A stretch of 20,781 nucleotides of DNA, from NCBI GenBank assembly GCA_965644295.1, contig CBFFRP010000497.1:1-20781 (forward strand), in the 5' to 3' direction. This DNA is from Paraphysomonas bandaiensis. Lineage: Eukaryota > Protista > Chrysophyceae. The notes beneath the pieces were generated by a model. The model ran no database searches, had not been told where the DNA came from, and saw only the letters and a program-made list of their open reading frames with translations. A program made the position numbers and the translations under genes. Shown here one piece after another: positions 20,741-20,781 of the stretch. The first letter of the stretch is position 1; each line of letters starts with the position of its first letter.

Positions 20741-20781
20741 TGCATACAATACAAAAAAAAAACTTATAAATTCCTAAAACT

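Overview
Eukaryotic nuclear DNA: compact, with short GT-AG introns (mostly ~45-130 nt). The PSGQ/PTGQ repeat protein and gene content suggest a flagellated stramenopile such as a chrysophyte (inference, not a database result). Six protein-coding genes can be reconstructed by hand. (1) Minus strand: part of a large surface protein with a ~2.4 kb Pro/Ser/Gly/Gln tetrapeptide array followed by a non-repetitive beta-rich region; it is frameshifted, probably by long-read indels, and runs off the left edge. (2) A P-type IIB (PMCA/ACA-type) Ca2+-ATPase, 7 exons. (3) A secretory 2OG-Fe(II) dioxygenase. (4) An ACAD11/IBR3-type APH-kinase + acyl-CoA dehydrogenase fusion, 15 exons. (5) An intronless MDR-family NADPH:quinone oxidoreductase-like gene, head-to-head with the ACAD gene. 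(6) A catalytically degenerate enolase with an N-terminal RIIa/Dpy-30-like docking module (ENO4-like). Four genes form two divergent pairs. The intron-containing genes with an identifiable start are preceded by strand-oriented (TACA)n-type tracts, and first exons are AT-rich. The best candidates for new biology are the ACAD11-like/QOR divergent pair (possible mitochondrial hydroxy-acyl-CoA module, one partner possibly horizontally acquired), the pseudo-enolase, and the unusual additions to the Ca2+ pump. No rRNA, tRNA, CRISPR array or recognisable transposon was seen.
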